Positions 55,229-64,000 of a stretch of DNA of 64,000 bases are shown here, piece by piece. Position numbers and translations under genes: made by a program. Where the stretch lies: NCBI GenBank assembly GCA_965243255.1, contig CBDEUH010000004.1:1598979-1662978 (forward strand), given 5' to 3'. How positions within the stretch are numbered: the first letter of the stretch is position 1; each line of letters begins with the position of its first letter. This stretch comes from Dehalococcoidia bacterium (lineage in GTDB: Bacteria; Chloroflexota; Dehalococcoidia; Lucifugimonadales; UBA3495). The notes beneath the pieces are model-generated. The model made no database searches and was not told where the DNA came from. It saw only the letters and a program-made list of their open reading frames with translations.

Positions 55229-56109
55229 TCGGGTAAAGGTTCCGGAAGCCGGTCGAGCAGGCTTTCCAGACCGAGAGACTGACAAAGCTCGTCAAGTTCG
55301 GGCTGGCGGCCGCCGGCCCAACGCAGTTGCTCCGGCTCGGTTTCCGGCAGGGGCACGTCCAGCCGCAGCGTTGCTAAACGGCGGTAGAGGAGAGCGTCAT
55401 CTCGTTGCTCGGCCAGGGATTTGGCAAGGCCCTGGGCTCCGCGCACCTGGATATCCCAGTCCCCGGCGTCCGTGGGGATCTGGTCAAGGCTGCCGTAGCG
55501 GGTAAGGATGGCGGCGGTGGAACGGGCGCCCCAGCGGGGGATGCCGGGTATGCCGTCGGCGGCGTCGCCCACCAGCGCCAGGTAGTCGGGGATGGCAGGC
55601 GGAGGGACGCCGAACTTTTCGATTACGCCGGCTTCGTCGATCACTTCTGCCTTGCGCCGGTCCAGCATAACGACGCGCTGGGCGGACACCACCTGGGCCA
55701 AATCCTTGTCCGGGGAGCACATCAGAACCTGATCAACTGCCGGGAACTGGGCAAAGTGGACTGCGGCGGCGGCGATGGCGTCGTCGGCCTCGAACTCCTG
55801 CATCGGCCAGACGGTCAGCCCGAGAGCGGACGTGATCCGCTCCGCCAGGGGGAACTGCGCCAGCAGGTCCGGCTCCACGCCGTCGCCAGTTTTGTAGCCG
55901 TCAAACAGGTCGTTGCGGAAAGAGCGAATGACGGAGTCGAAAGCGATGCCGACGTGGGTAACTTCGGGCTGATTGAGGAGGGCGATGAGAGATTGCGCCA
56001 GCCCGTGGGTTGCCTTAACGTCCTGCCCGTCGGGAGCAGTACGGCCGGGGCGAGGGGAGTAATGGGCGCGGAATAACTCGTAAGTGCCGTCAACCAGGTG
56101 AATTTTCAT
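55225..56109 (-). CDS. 5'-3' exonuclease (Pol I N-terminal / FEN-like, PIN plus H3TH domains)
   Basis: MKIHLVDGTYELFRA, EADD acidic cluster and GDAADGIPGIPRWG (H3TH). The start is set at ATG 56109. Confidence 0.8.
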   Translation of the reverse strand: MKIHLVDGTYELFRAHYSPRPGRTAPDGQDVKATHGLAQSLIALLNQPEVTHVGIAFDSVIRSFRNDLFDGYKTGDGVEPDLLAQFPLAERITSALGLTVWPMQEFEADDAIAAAAVHFAQFPAVDQVLMCSPDKDLAQVVSAQRVVMLDRRKAEVIDEAGVIEKFGVPPPAIPDYLALVGDAADGIPGIPRWGARSTAAILTRYGSLDQIPTDAGDWDIQVRGAQGLAKSLAEQRDDALLYRRLATLRLDVPLPETEPEQLRWAGGRQPELDELCQSLGLESLLDRLPEPLPD

Positions 56110-56137
56110 CGGGGATGATGTGAACTGCCCTACGCGA

Positions 56138-57715
56138 TCAGTCCAGGTAGCGGTAACCGGGCAGGGTGAGGAACTCGATGAAATCGTCGGACAGGACGAT
56201 TTCGTCCAGCAGTTCCACCGCCTTGTCCAGCGCGCCGGCATTATCCTGGCCACGCTGCTCCACCAGAGCGGCGGCCTCCTGGGCGCGGGTCTGGCGATAC
56301 AGCTCGGCGGTGATGGGCCGACCATCGTTCAAGGACGCGCCGTGCCTGACCCATTGCCAGAGCTGGGAGCGGGAAATCTCCGCCGTTGCGGCGTCTTCCA
56401 TCAAACCGTAGATGGCGACGGCGCCGTTGCCGCGGGTCCAGGCGTCGATGTACTGCAAGGCGACGCTGATGTTGTTGCGGAGGCCGGCCTCGGTGATTTC
56501 GCCCTCAGGAACGGCTAGCAAATCGTCGGGAGCGATGCGGACTTCGGGGATGACGGAGAGCTGGTTGTCGGTGGCGAACGCCGACTGGAAAACGTCGAGC
56601 ACCGGCGGGACCAGGCCGGGGTGGGCGACCCACGCGCCGTCAAAGCCCTGGTCGGCCTCGCGCTGCTTGTCGGAACGCACCTGGGCGAAGGCGGCTTCGT
56701 TGGCCGCCTCGTCGTCGCGACGGGGGATGAACGCGGACATTCCGCCCAAGGCGTGGGCGCCGCGACGGTGGCAGGTGTTGACCAGCAGATGGGCCGCCGA
56801 GGTCAGGAAGTGCGTCGCCATGGTTACCTGGGCGCGGTCGGGAAAGACCATGTCGGCGCGGTTGTTGAACACCTTGATGACGCTGAAGATGTAATCCCAA
56901 CGTCCCAGGTTCAGGCCGGCCGGCCTTTCCCGGAACTCGTACAGGATTTCTTCCATCTCGAAGGCGGCGAGGATGTGCTCGATGAGCACGGTAGGGCTGA
57001 TGGTTCCCGCGGGTATGTTCAGGCGTTCCTCGGCGTACTTGAACGCGTCGTTCCAGAGGCGGGCTTCCAGGTACGACTGGAGCTTGGGCAGGTAGTAGTA
57101 GGGGCCGGTGTCGTGGCTGTTTTGGGCCACGTGATTGTGGTAGATGGTCAAGCCGAAGTCGAAGAAGCTGCCGGCGACGGGTTCGCCATCCACGAGCAGG
57201 TGGCGTTCCATCAAGTGGAGACCGCGGGGGCGCACGCAAAGGGTGGCAGTCTCGTCGTTCAGTTGATACTGGCGTCCGTCGGCGGCATGGTCGCTGATGG
57301 TGCGGCGGTAGGCGTCGCGAACGTTGAGCTGACCGTCCAGAGTGGGAAGCCAGGCGGGTGAGTGGGCATCCTCGAAGTCGGTCATATAGACTTGGGCGCC
57401 GCAGTTGAGCGCGTTGATGACCATGCGCCGGCTGGACGAGGGGCCGGTGATTTCCACGCGGCGGTTGGTGAGGTCGGCCGGGGCCGGCTGCACGCGCCAG
57501 TCGCCTTCGCGGACGCCGCGGGTTTCCGTCAGGAAGTCGGGCGTCGCGCCGGCGTCAATCTCAGCCTGGCGACGCGAGCGGGCCGTCATCAGGCGGCGTC
57601 GGGTGGTCTCGAAGTTGCGGTGCAGTTCGGCGACGAAGGCCAGCGCGTCGTCGGTAACTACTTCAGCGTACTGCGCGGGAACCGGGCCAAGAATCTGGAT
57701 GCTGTCAGATGGCAT
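56138..57715 (-). CDS. aceB: Malate synthase A
   Basis: The length (525 aa) and blocks RRVEITGP, YMTDFEDA, YYYLPKL and GGMSAFIP are typical of the AceB type. Confidence 0.9.
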   Translation of the reverse strand: MPSDSIQILGPVPAQYAEVVTDDALAFVAELHRNFETTRRRLMTARSRRQAEIDAGATPDFLTETRGVREGDWRVQPAPADLTNRRVEITGPSSSRRMVINALNCGAQVYMTDFEDAHSPAWLPTLDGQLNVRDAYRRTISDHAADGRQYQLNDETATLCVRPRGLHLMERHLLVDGEPVAGSFFDFGLTIYHNHVAQNSHDTGPYYYLPKLQSYLEARLWNDAFKYAEERLNIPAGTISPTVLIEHILAAFEMEEILYEFRERPAGLNLGRWDYIFSVIKVFNNRADMVFPDRAQVTMATHFLTSAAHLLVNTCHRRGAHALGGMSAFIPRRDDEAANEAAFAQVRSDKQREADQGFDGAWVAHPGLVPPVLDVFQSAFATDNQLSVIPEVRIAPDDLLAVPEGEITEAGLRNNISVALQYIDAWTRGNGAVAIYGLMEDAATAEISRSQLWQWVRHGASLNDGRPITAELYRQTRAQEAAALVEQRGQDNAGALDKAVELLDEIVLSDDFIEFLTLPGYRYLD

Positions 57716-57736
57716 AGTTATACGTCCTGCTAGTGA

Positions 57737-60040
57737 TTACTGGTCTGCCGGCAGGCCCAGCTCAACCAGTCGTTGCCGGCCGACCTGGTCGAGAGACAAA
57801 CCGGAGGCCAAGCCTTCGCGGTACTTCCGCTCCAGTTCGCGTAGCTGATAGGCCACCGGCCTCATTCCCTCGCCACGCTGGGCCGCGACTTCCGCCAGGG
57901 TTTCGTAGGCCTGGTCCAGAGACCAGTAGAAGGAAAAGAGCCACGAGAGTTCCCGCTGGTTGGTGGGGGATGGTATGTCGGCGATGTCCAGGATGGTGTT
58001 GACCACCTTGGTGTAGCGGAGGATGCCGGCTTTGTCCTGCTGGTCGCGGCCGTAGTAGCGCCGGTGCATCAGTTCGTGGACGCGGTTGGCGTAATCACCC
58101 TCGCCGTAGATGTTGACGGGCAGCCACTCGCGCAGGTCCACCACCTCGTTGCCGTCGGAGTCCAGCACGCCGACGGCCACCTCGGAGCGCAGCACGCCGT
58201 CGTACTCGAACTTGACCGCGTTGCGGAGCAGGGCTTCCTGCAGCAGCATGGTCAACTCGCGGGGGATTTTCACGTAGCGGGAGCCGGAGGCCTCTTCGTT
58301 GCTGTCGGCGCCCACGCCGCCCGTATTGAAGGCGTAGTACTGCTGGGGCATTCCGCCCCAGGCCAGTTGCTGCAGCACGTGGTACAACAGATTGGCGTTT
58401 TCATCTTCAAGGCCGATGATGAAGGGGTCGGAGAAGTATTCAACGTAAGGCCGGCCGATGGCGCCGATGGCCGCGCCCATCTGCACGGCCTCGCCGTACA
58501 TCAGCACGCGAATGTACTGCTCCAGGCTGAGGCGGCGCAGGGGCGGGATCACGGTGTTCTGGCGCATGACCTCTTGCCAGAAGACCCGGTCGGTGCTGTC
58601 CATGGGGACGTGCACGGAGTCGGTGAGGCGGCCGCCGGTGATTTTGGAAATCAGGCCGGCCGCGCCCTTGCGCTGCAGGAGGCCACGGCGGGACAGTATC
58701 ATCCGCATATTGCGGACCGGGTTCTCCAGATAGTTGGGCTCCTGGCTTTCGACGTGGACGGGGACGTTTTCCAGGGTCTCGTCGGGGGTGGTAACTCCCG
58801 GAGCGCCGCGCAGCACGTCGTAGGTAATCGGGTCGTCCTCGCGGGTGAGGCCGAAGGGCACGGCGTAGAAGTTGTTTTCAGTACCGTCGATGCCGTAGGT
58901 GATGAGGGCGCTGCTGCCACCCTGGCGGCTGGCGATGGGGGAGTCCAGGGGCTGGAGCAGCACGATGTCGTCATTCATGGGATAGACCCCTTCTTCGGGG
59001 TCATGGGGCAGGTTAAGGATGCCGGCCAGTTCGCTGTCGGCCAGCTCGACCATGATGGTCAAGGTGCTCTTGCCGTGGAGGGACGGGCCGACGGTTACCA
59101 GGGCGGTATTGGCAACGTTGCCGGTGAGGGTGCGGGTGCGGGCCATGCTGAGAGCCGCCTGGACTGCCAGACCGTTCTTCTCCTTGACCTGGTGCATGGC
59201 GATGGACAGGGGGCCCATCTTGTGCTCGCCCACGTAGTCGAAGCCGAAGTGCAGGGAGAGGCCGCGGGTGGGGGCCTTGAACACCAGTTGGGTGATGCCG
59301 GCGTCGCGGAGTTGGGTCTTGAGAGCCTCGTCCAGGCCGAGGTCGTCCATCCAGTGGGGGACCGACACCTCGAGGATGTCGGGGGGTTCCGGCCACTGTT
59401 CCTGAGGAAGCTCGAAGGTGAGGCGGCGCCACATATAAGGAGCCTGCATGTAGCGGGTGCCGAAAAGCAGCTGGCGGGCGTGGTAGGAGCGACCGGGCGC
59501 GTCGCAGATCTGGCGGTCGGTCTGGACAATGTCCTCGCCGGACGAAAAGGCGGCTTCCATCGTGTCGCAAACCTGGTGAAAGACCTGGGTGAAGAGGCGC
59601 TGATTGTCTTCGGAGAAGGCCAGGGCGTCGCGGTTGCGGGTGAAACCTTCGATGAAATACTGGGTCAGGTCGGGGCGGCGTACGACACCGAGTTGGCTGA
59701 AAAAGGCGAGGCCGCCGTTGTCCAGGCGGAACACGGTTTCGGGCCAGACCTTGCTGGAGGCGCGGCCGGCGGCGTTGGCCTCAACCGCCTCGGCTTCCAG
59801 GTCGCGAGCCTGGGCCAGCAACTCGGCCTGGCGGGGAGCCGGCAGGTCCTGAAAGACGGGCATTTTGCCGACGATCCACTCTTCCGAGGGATTGTAGAGG
59901 GGACTATCGGCGCGTTGACCCTGCCGGGCGATGGCGCAGAGGCGGGTCAGGGCGGCTTCGAACTCGGGCACGATGTTGGGACCGGCCAGGGGCGACTTGC
60001 CATCGGGCCGGTCGGTGGAGCTCGCGGTGGGGCTGGTCAA
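57737..60040 (-). CDS. Divergent phosphoenolpyruvate carboxykinase (ATP)-family protein with N- and C-terminal extensions
   Basis: From memory, these blocks align to E. coli PckA. YVGEHKMGPLS matches YGGEMKKGMFS. GPSLHGKSTLT matches GLSGTGKTTLS. NNFYAVPFGLTREDDPITYDV...TLENVPV matches [21 protein letters not shown]...LLENVTV. IPPLRRLSLEQYIRVLMYG matches LPPVSRLTADQTQYHFLSG. TTG start with a GGAG RBS. Confidence 0.55.
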   Translation of the reverse strand: MTSPTASSTDRPDGKSPLAGPNIVPEFEAALTRLCAIARQGQRADSPLYNPSEEWIVGKMPVFQDLPAPRQAELLAQARDLEAEAVEANAAGRASSKVWPETVFRLDNGGLAFFSQLGVVRRPDLTQYFIEGFTRNRDALAFSEDNQRLFTQVFHQVCDTMEAAFSSGEDIVQTDRQICDAPGRSYHARQLLFGTRYMQAPYMWRRLTFELPQEQWPEPPDILEVSVPHWMDDLGLDEALKTQLRDAGITQLVFKAPTRGLSLHFGFDYVGEHKMGPLSIAMHQVKEKNGLAVQAALSMARTRTLTGNVANTALVTVGPSLHGKSTLTIMVELADSELAGILNLPHDPEEGVYPMNDDIVLLQPLDSPIASRQGGSSALITYGIDGTENNFYAVPFGLTREDDPITYDVLRGAPGVTTPDETLENVPVHVESQEPNYLENPVRNMRMILSRRGLLQRKGAAGLISKITGGRLTDSVHVPMDSTDRVFWQEVMRQNTVIPPLRRLSLEQYIRVLMYGEAVQMGAAIGAIGRPYVEYFSDPFIIGLEDENANLLYHVLQQLAWGGMPQQYYAFNTGGVGADSNEEASGSRYVKIPRELTMLLQEALLRNAVKFEYDGVLRSEVAVGVLDSDGNEVVDLREWLPVNIYGEGDYANRVHELMHRRYYGRDQQDKAGILRYTKVVNTILDIADIPSPTNQRELSWLFSFYWSLDQAYETLAEVAAQRGEGMRPVAYQLRELERKYREGLASGLSLDQVGRQRLVELGLPADQ

Positions 60041-60161
60041 GGCGTATCTCCGAAGGGGATAATTTTAAGGAAGAGAGAGGCACGGTTATGCTACCCCCAA
60101 CCGCCCCGGCTGTCAAAATGACGGGGTTGCCGGAATGGGGATTTCGGGGGTGGTGGTGGGG

Positions 60162-61334
60162 TTAGGGGCCGGTGCCTTCGAACATTGGCAACTGGCGGAT
60201 TTGGACGTCGGGGGAGAAGTGCTTGCTGAGGATGCGGCCGGCTTCCTGGTATGAGGAGCCGACTCTGGGGCCGTACCACCGGTCCGGCGGCTCCAGCATC
60301 TGCTCAAAGGCGAGGGTGCACACGGTTTGTCCCGGGCCCACCATGAAAGGGACATCGTGGGCGCGAACTTCCAGAACGGGCTGGATACCTCCCAACCGGC
60401 CGTTTTCGCCATAGCCGAATCCAGGGTCGAAGAAGCCGGCGTAATGAGTCCGGAGCTCGCCTTTGGCAGTTTCGTAAGCGGTCATCTCGGCGGCCAGCTG
60501 TGGGGGTATGCTCACGCTCTCTATTGAGGACACCAGGTAGAATTCTTCGGGCTCCAAAATCAGGCTGTGGCCCCGGTCTGCGAAAACAGGTTCCCAGAAA
60601 TCGCGGGGCGGGTAGCAATTGGTCAGCGAGAGGTCGAGAAGGCTGCTGTTCCTTTTGGCCCGGTAACCCACGAACCCCGACACGGCCAGCAAGTTGACGC
60701 TGAATCCCATTGAGTTACTGTCGTCAATCTCGGAGGATTGGGCGGGCTGCCGATCTTTGGTGAACAGAATGGGATCCCGCTCGTGCACGCGCCGCAGGTG
60801 TCCCGACTCACAGACGGGGCTGCCTTTGAACAGGCGAATCTGGTTCAAAGACAGACCCGTCTTCACCTTTACGGTGAATGACCTGGAGAACACCTCCAGG
60901 AACATACGGCCGTGATAGCCATCGGCGATGTCGTCGAAGCGTGGGCTGGCGTCGGTGATGACACGGGTGAAGATATCCAGCCGGCCGGTGGAGCTTTTGG
61001 GGTTGGTCTTGCCACGAATCCCGGGAGGCAGCTTGAGGCCCTCGATGAGAGGGATCAGATAGGCGCGGTTCTTTTCGAGAATCGCGCCATCGCGCAGGTC
61101 CATGTCCGCGATGGCAAGATCGGCCAACTTGTCCTGGACCGGGCCGGCGTAGGGCAGGAAACTGCTCTGCAAGACGTAGGCCGTTTCGCCCAGCCTCAGG
61201 TCGAGGCTAGCGGGCTGGTAATTTTGATCGGGGATCGTATATTGGCTGACGATAACCCCATCCTGAACGGCTTGCCTAAGCCATTTGGTCGGCAGGATAC
61301 CCCCCCTATCGATTTCGTTGATGTCCTGGAGCAT
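60162..61334 (-). CDS. 2'-deoxycytidine 5'-triphosphate deaminase (long DCD-family form)
   Basis: 390 aa. QPASLDLRLGETAYVLQSSFLP and duplicated dUTPase-like barrels resemble the DCD family as I recall it. Confidence 0.6.
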   Translation of the reverse strand: MLQDINEIDRGGILPTKWLRQAVQDGVIVSQYTIPDQNYQPASLDLRLGETAYVLQSSFLPYAGPVQDKLADLAIADMDLRDGAILEKNRAYLIPLIEGLKLPPGIRGKTNPKSSTGRLDIFTRVITDASPRFDDIADGYHGRMFLEVFSRSFTVKVKTGLSLNQIRLFKGSPVCESGHLRRVHERDPILFTKDRQPAQSSEIDDSNSMGFSVNLLAVSGFVGYRAKRNSSLLDLSLTNCYPPRDFWEPVFADRGHSLILEPEEFYLVSSIESVSIPPQLAAEMTAYETAKGELRTHYAGFFDPGFGYGENGRLGGIQPVLEVRAHDVPFMVGPGQTVCTLAFEQMLEPPDRWYGPRVGSSYQEAGRILSKHFSPDVQIRQLPMFEGTGP

Positions 61335-61341
61335 ATAGCGG

Positions 61342-62307
61342 TTATTCGGGGGTTACGAGGGACTCGGCCTCCTCGCCGTTGAGGACGCGGAGGATGTTGC
61401 CGTAGGCGAAGTGGGCGGCGCGCAGAGCGGTTTCCTGGCTTTGGCCGGCCATGTGGGGAGTGATGATGACGTTGTCCAGGTCGAACAGGGGGTTTTCGGC
61501 CGGGGTTGGTTCCACTTCGAGAACGTCCAGGCCGGCGCCGGCGATTTTGCCTTCGGTGAGGGCACGGTAGAGCGCGGGTTCGTCCACCACGGGGCCGCGG
61601 CAGAGGTTGATGAAGAAGGCGGTTGACTTCATCAGATCGAACTCGCGGTCGGACATCATGCCGCGGGTGCGACGGGTCAACGGGACGTGGAGGCTGACAA
61701 TATCGGAGGTCGACAGAAGTTCGTCGAAACCAACGGGCTCGGCCTTGACCGCCTGCTGCACGTCTTCGGGGATGTCCTCAATGTCGTAGAAGATGGTGCG
61801 GGTGTCGAAGCCGGTGAGCCGCTTGGCGACCTGGCGGCCGATGCGTCCCATACCGATGATGCCCACCGTCTTGTCGGTTACCTCGGAGAGGTCGGTCTGG
61901 TAGAGGTCGCCCCGCCACTGGCGCTGCCTGGTGGTGGTGTCCCACTGGGCCATCAGGTTGCGGCTGATGCCAATCATCAGGGCAAGGGTTTGCTCGGAAA
62001 CGGAGATGGCGTTGGCGCCGCCGTTGTTGGCCACGGGGATGCCCATTTCGAGGATGGTCTCGAGGTCCATGCGGTCGTAGCCGGCGCTGAGGGTCTGGAT
62101 GAGCTTGACGTTGGGGCATTCGCGGAGCACCTCGGTGGTTACTTCGCTGGAGATGATGGCGTCGGCGTCGCGGCACAGTTGGATTTGTTCGGCGGCGGGC
62201 AGCGTGCGATCCACGACGGTAACTTCCACATTATCGGGGGCGTTATCGAGCATGACGTCGGCGCGGGCGCCGACACCGGTGAAATAGGCTACTTTCCAAG
62301 AGGGCAT
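61342..62307 (-). CDS. D-isomer-specific 2-hydroxyacid dehydrogenase family protein
   Basis: GIIGMGRIGRQVAKRL NAD motif and LCRGPVVDE...TPHMAG catalytic residues. The start is set at ATG 62307, which has a GGAG RBS. Confidence 0.85.
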   Translation of the reverse strand: MPSWKVAYFTGVGARADVMLDNAPDNVEVTVVDRTLPAAEQIQLCRDADAIISSEVTTEVLRECPNVKLIQTLSAGYDRMDLETILEMGIPVANNGGANAISVSEQTLALMIGISRNLMAQWDTTTRQRQWRGDLYQTDLSEVTDKTVGIIGMGRIGRQVAKRLTGFDTRTIFYDIEDIPEDVQQAVKAEPVGFDELLSTSDIVSLHVPLTRRTRGMMSDREFDLMKSTAFFINLCRGPVVDEPALYRALTEGKIAGAGLDVLEVEPTPAENPLFDLDNVIITPHMAGQSQETALRAAHFAYGNILRVLNGEEAESLVTPE

Positions 62308-62339
62308 TGTTGTTATCTCCTTTGGGATCTGCTTAGTGC

Positions 62340-62711
62340 TTACAGCGGGCCGCCCCAGCCGAGGGACAGCCACTGTGCCGGGGCCAGTCGTTCGCCGGTG
62401 GGGTCAACGACCAGGTTGAAAATCTCCCGGGTGGATGCGCCGAGGAGATAGTTGTCATCCGGGCCGAAGATGACCGGGCAAGGGCGCTCTTCGCCGTCAA
62501 TGCTGAATCGGGCGAAGCCATAGCCGTAACGCACCCGGCTGCCGTTAGCGAGGATGAAGCCGAGTTCTTCGCGCGGCTCGATGCGAAGCTGGGTCATCAG
62601 AGTCGCCGGCAGCATTGAGTGGGCCGCTCCGGTATCCACAACGGGCTGCACCGGCGCCAAGTCGCCGCCATCCAGATGGCCGACGCCTATATCCACCTTG
62701 AACATTGACAT
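62340..62711 (-). CDS. Retropepsin-like (clan AA) aspartic protease domain protein
   Basis: VVDTGAAHSMLP contains the D-T-G-A active-site motif in a protein of about 120 aa. Confidence 0.55.
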   Translation of the reverse strand: MSMFKVDIGVGHLDGGDLAPVQPVVDTGAAHSMLPATLMTQLRIEPREELGFILANGSRVRYGYGFARFSIDGEERPCPVIFGPDDNYLLGASTREIFNLVVDPTGERLAPAQWLSLGWGGPL

Positions 62712-62847
62712 ATCAAAACACCTGTTGCTTGCGGTCAAGGCCATTGTACCATCAGAGCCCGTTAGGCGGCTGGCAGGCTGCCGTTCACGCTGTTATGATG
62801 ATGACGCTTTCAGCGTATCCAAATCGATTGAGGAACCAGCAACCGAT

Positions 62848-63270
62848 ATGACCCAACCATCCAACGCGGGCGCCAATCAGGAATCCGGCCTAGCCCCCGG
62901 CCTCATCGGCCGGCAGGAGGTACTGGTAAGCGAGGACAACGCTGCGCCCCACGTCAAGAAAATCAGCACGCCGTCCATGATTCAGGCCATGGAACAGGCT
63001 TCGCAACTGGCGGTGCTGGAGTACCTGCCGGAGGAGCAGTCCACGGTGGGGTTTGAGGTCAACATCCGCCACGTGGCCGGGGCCGACATCGGCGCTACCG
63101 TGGTGGCCGTGGCCGAACTGGAACGGGTGGACGGGCGCTGGCTCTACTTCAAAGTGGAAGCCCTGGAAGGCGACCGCACCATCGGCGTGGGGACCCATCG
63201 CCGGGCCATCATCACGCTGCCGCCCGGCGCCGAAAGCCGGGGCGGCCCAACGACCGCCACATCCACGTAG
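62848..63270 (+). CDS. Hotdog-fold thioesterase family protein
   Basis: STPSMIQAMEQAS...VGFEVNIRHVAGADIGATVVAVAELERVDGRWLYFKVEA follows the pattern of small FlK/YiiD-like thioesterases. Confidence 0.65.
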   Translation: MTQPSNAGANQESGLAPGLIGRQEVLVSEDNAAPHVKKISTPSMIQAMEQASQLAVLEYLPEEQSTVGFEVNIRHVAGADIGATVVAVAELERVDGRWLYFKVEALEGDRTIGVGTHRRAIITLPPGAESRGGPTTATST

Positions 63271-63297
63271 GGCAACTGACAAAAGGAGCATCAGGCA

Positions 63298-64000
63298 ATG
63301 GAACCCATCATCCACAACGTCAAGGATTTCCCGGCCGGCGCGGTCGCGCGTCTGATCAGCACGGACGACAACCCGAACCTGGTAACGCTGGCCTACTCGG
63401 TGATTGAGCCGGGCGGGACCAGCTCGCACCACATCCACGAGTGGGAGCACGAGGTGTACATCATCGAAGGCAGCGGCACGCTGGTGGCCGACGGAAAGGA
63501 GTACCCGGTGAAGGCCGGAGACGCCATGTTCATTCCGCCGATGGTGGACCACGTAACCCGCAACGACGGCGGGCAGGGGGACATCCGACGTATTGAAATC
63601 AACCCGCTGTCGGCCTCGGCCGGCAACGCGCGGCCCGGCGGGTCTGAGCCCGGAGCCGGCACGCCGCCGGTGATTCGCAACCACGCCGACCTGAACGCCG
63701 AGACGGGCCACACCATGCTGGGCGGTCGGGACGGCTGCCCCAACTACCTGATGCTGTACAACGGCTATATGCAGCCGGGCGCGGTGAGCCATCCGGAAAC
63801 CGGGGGCCACAATCACACCTGGGACCACACGGTGTTTGTCCTGGAAGGCACGGGCACGCTGACGGTGTCCGGCAAGGATTACACGGTGACGGCCGGGGAC
63901 GCCGTGCTGGTGCCGCCGAATGAGCATCACCAGTGGAAGAACGAGACCGACGCGCCGATGCTGCGGGTAACGTTCAACGACATCGTGTCCGAGGGGCACG
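63298..64000 (+). CDS. Bicupin protein, 3' end truncated by the window edge
   Basis: Not in the ORF track because no stop lies within the window. Manual translation from ATG 63298 (AGGAG RBS) gives two cupin modules: HHIHEWEHEVYIIEGSG...GDAMFIPP and HNHTWDHTVFVLEGTG...GDAVLVPPNEHHQ. Confidence 0.75.
   Translation, partial: MEPIIHNVKDFPAGAVARLISTDDNPNLVTLAYSVIEPGGTSSHHIHEWEHEVYIIEGSGTLVADGKEYPVKAGDAMFIPPMVDHVTRNDGGQGDIRRIEINPLSASAGNARPGGSEPGAGTPPVIRNHADLNAETGHTMLGGRDGCPNYLMLYNGYMQPGAVSHPETGGHNHTWDHTVFVLEGTGTLTVSGKDYTVTAGDAVLVPPNEHHQWKNETDAPMLRVTFNDIVSEGH

Overview
High-G+C (about 60%+ by eye), gene-dense bacterial chromosomal segment with strong GGAGG-type ribosome-binding sites. It is dominated by redox and catabolic enzymes: two LLM flavin oxidoreductases, two GMC oxidoreductases, a DAO-type FAD oxidase, EtfAB, several aminotransferases, cupins and 2-hydroxyacid dehydrogenases. 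Housekeeping genes are interspersed (recF, pcrA, trxB, argD/argG, tRNA-Ser, tRNA-Thr). This paralog-rich content resembles aerobic heterotrophic Chloroflexota-like genomes, but that is a weak inference and no taxonomy can be proven here. No transposase, integrase, CRISPR array or rRNA was seen.

Most notable observations:
1. A roughly 0.5-0.75 kb promoter-driven, apparently noncoding, highly structured element occurs twice in inverted orientation (11277-12033 and 45636-46242). It has tandem 63-nt hairpin modules carrying GGAAGUG motifs, and each copy sits directly upstream of an operon.
2. A GrdB/PrdB-family ORF is interrupted by a single in-frame TGA in a U-x-x-C context, followed by a SECIS-like hairpin. 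It is a candidate selenoprotein and is the last gene of an ABC-importer/ADH operon.
3. A low-G+C 2.3 kb islet is bounded by an exact 17-nt duplication of the tRNA-Thr 3' end and carries a paralogous GMC oxidoreductase.
4. A 767-aa divergent PEPCK-family protein lies next to malate synthase.
5. A single-gene low-G+C islet encodes a RecB-like PD-(D/E)xK protein.

All product calls come from motif and family recognition by eye. No database search was run, and many long antisense ORFs in the track are GC-driven shadow ORFs.
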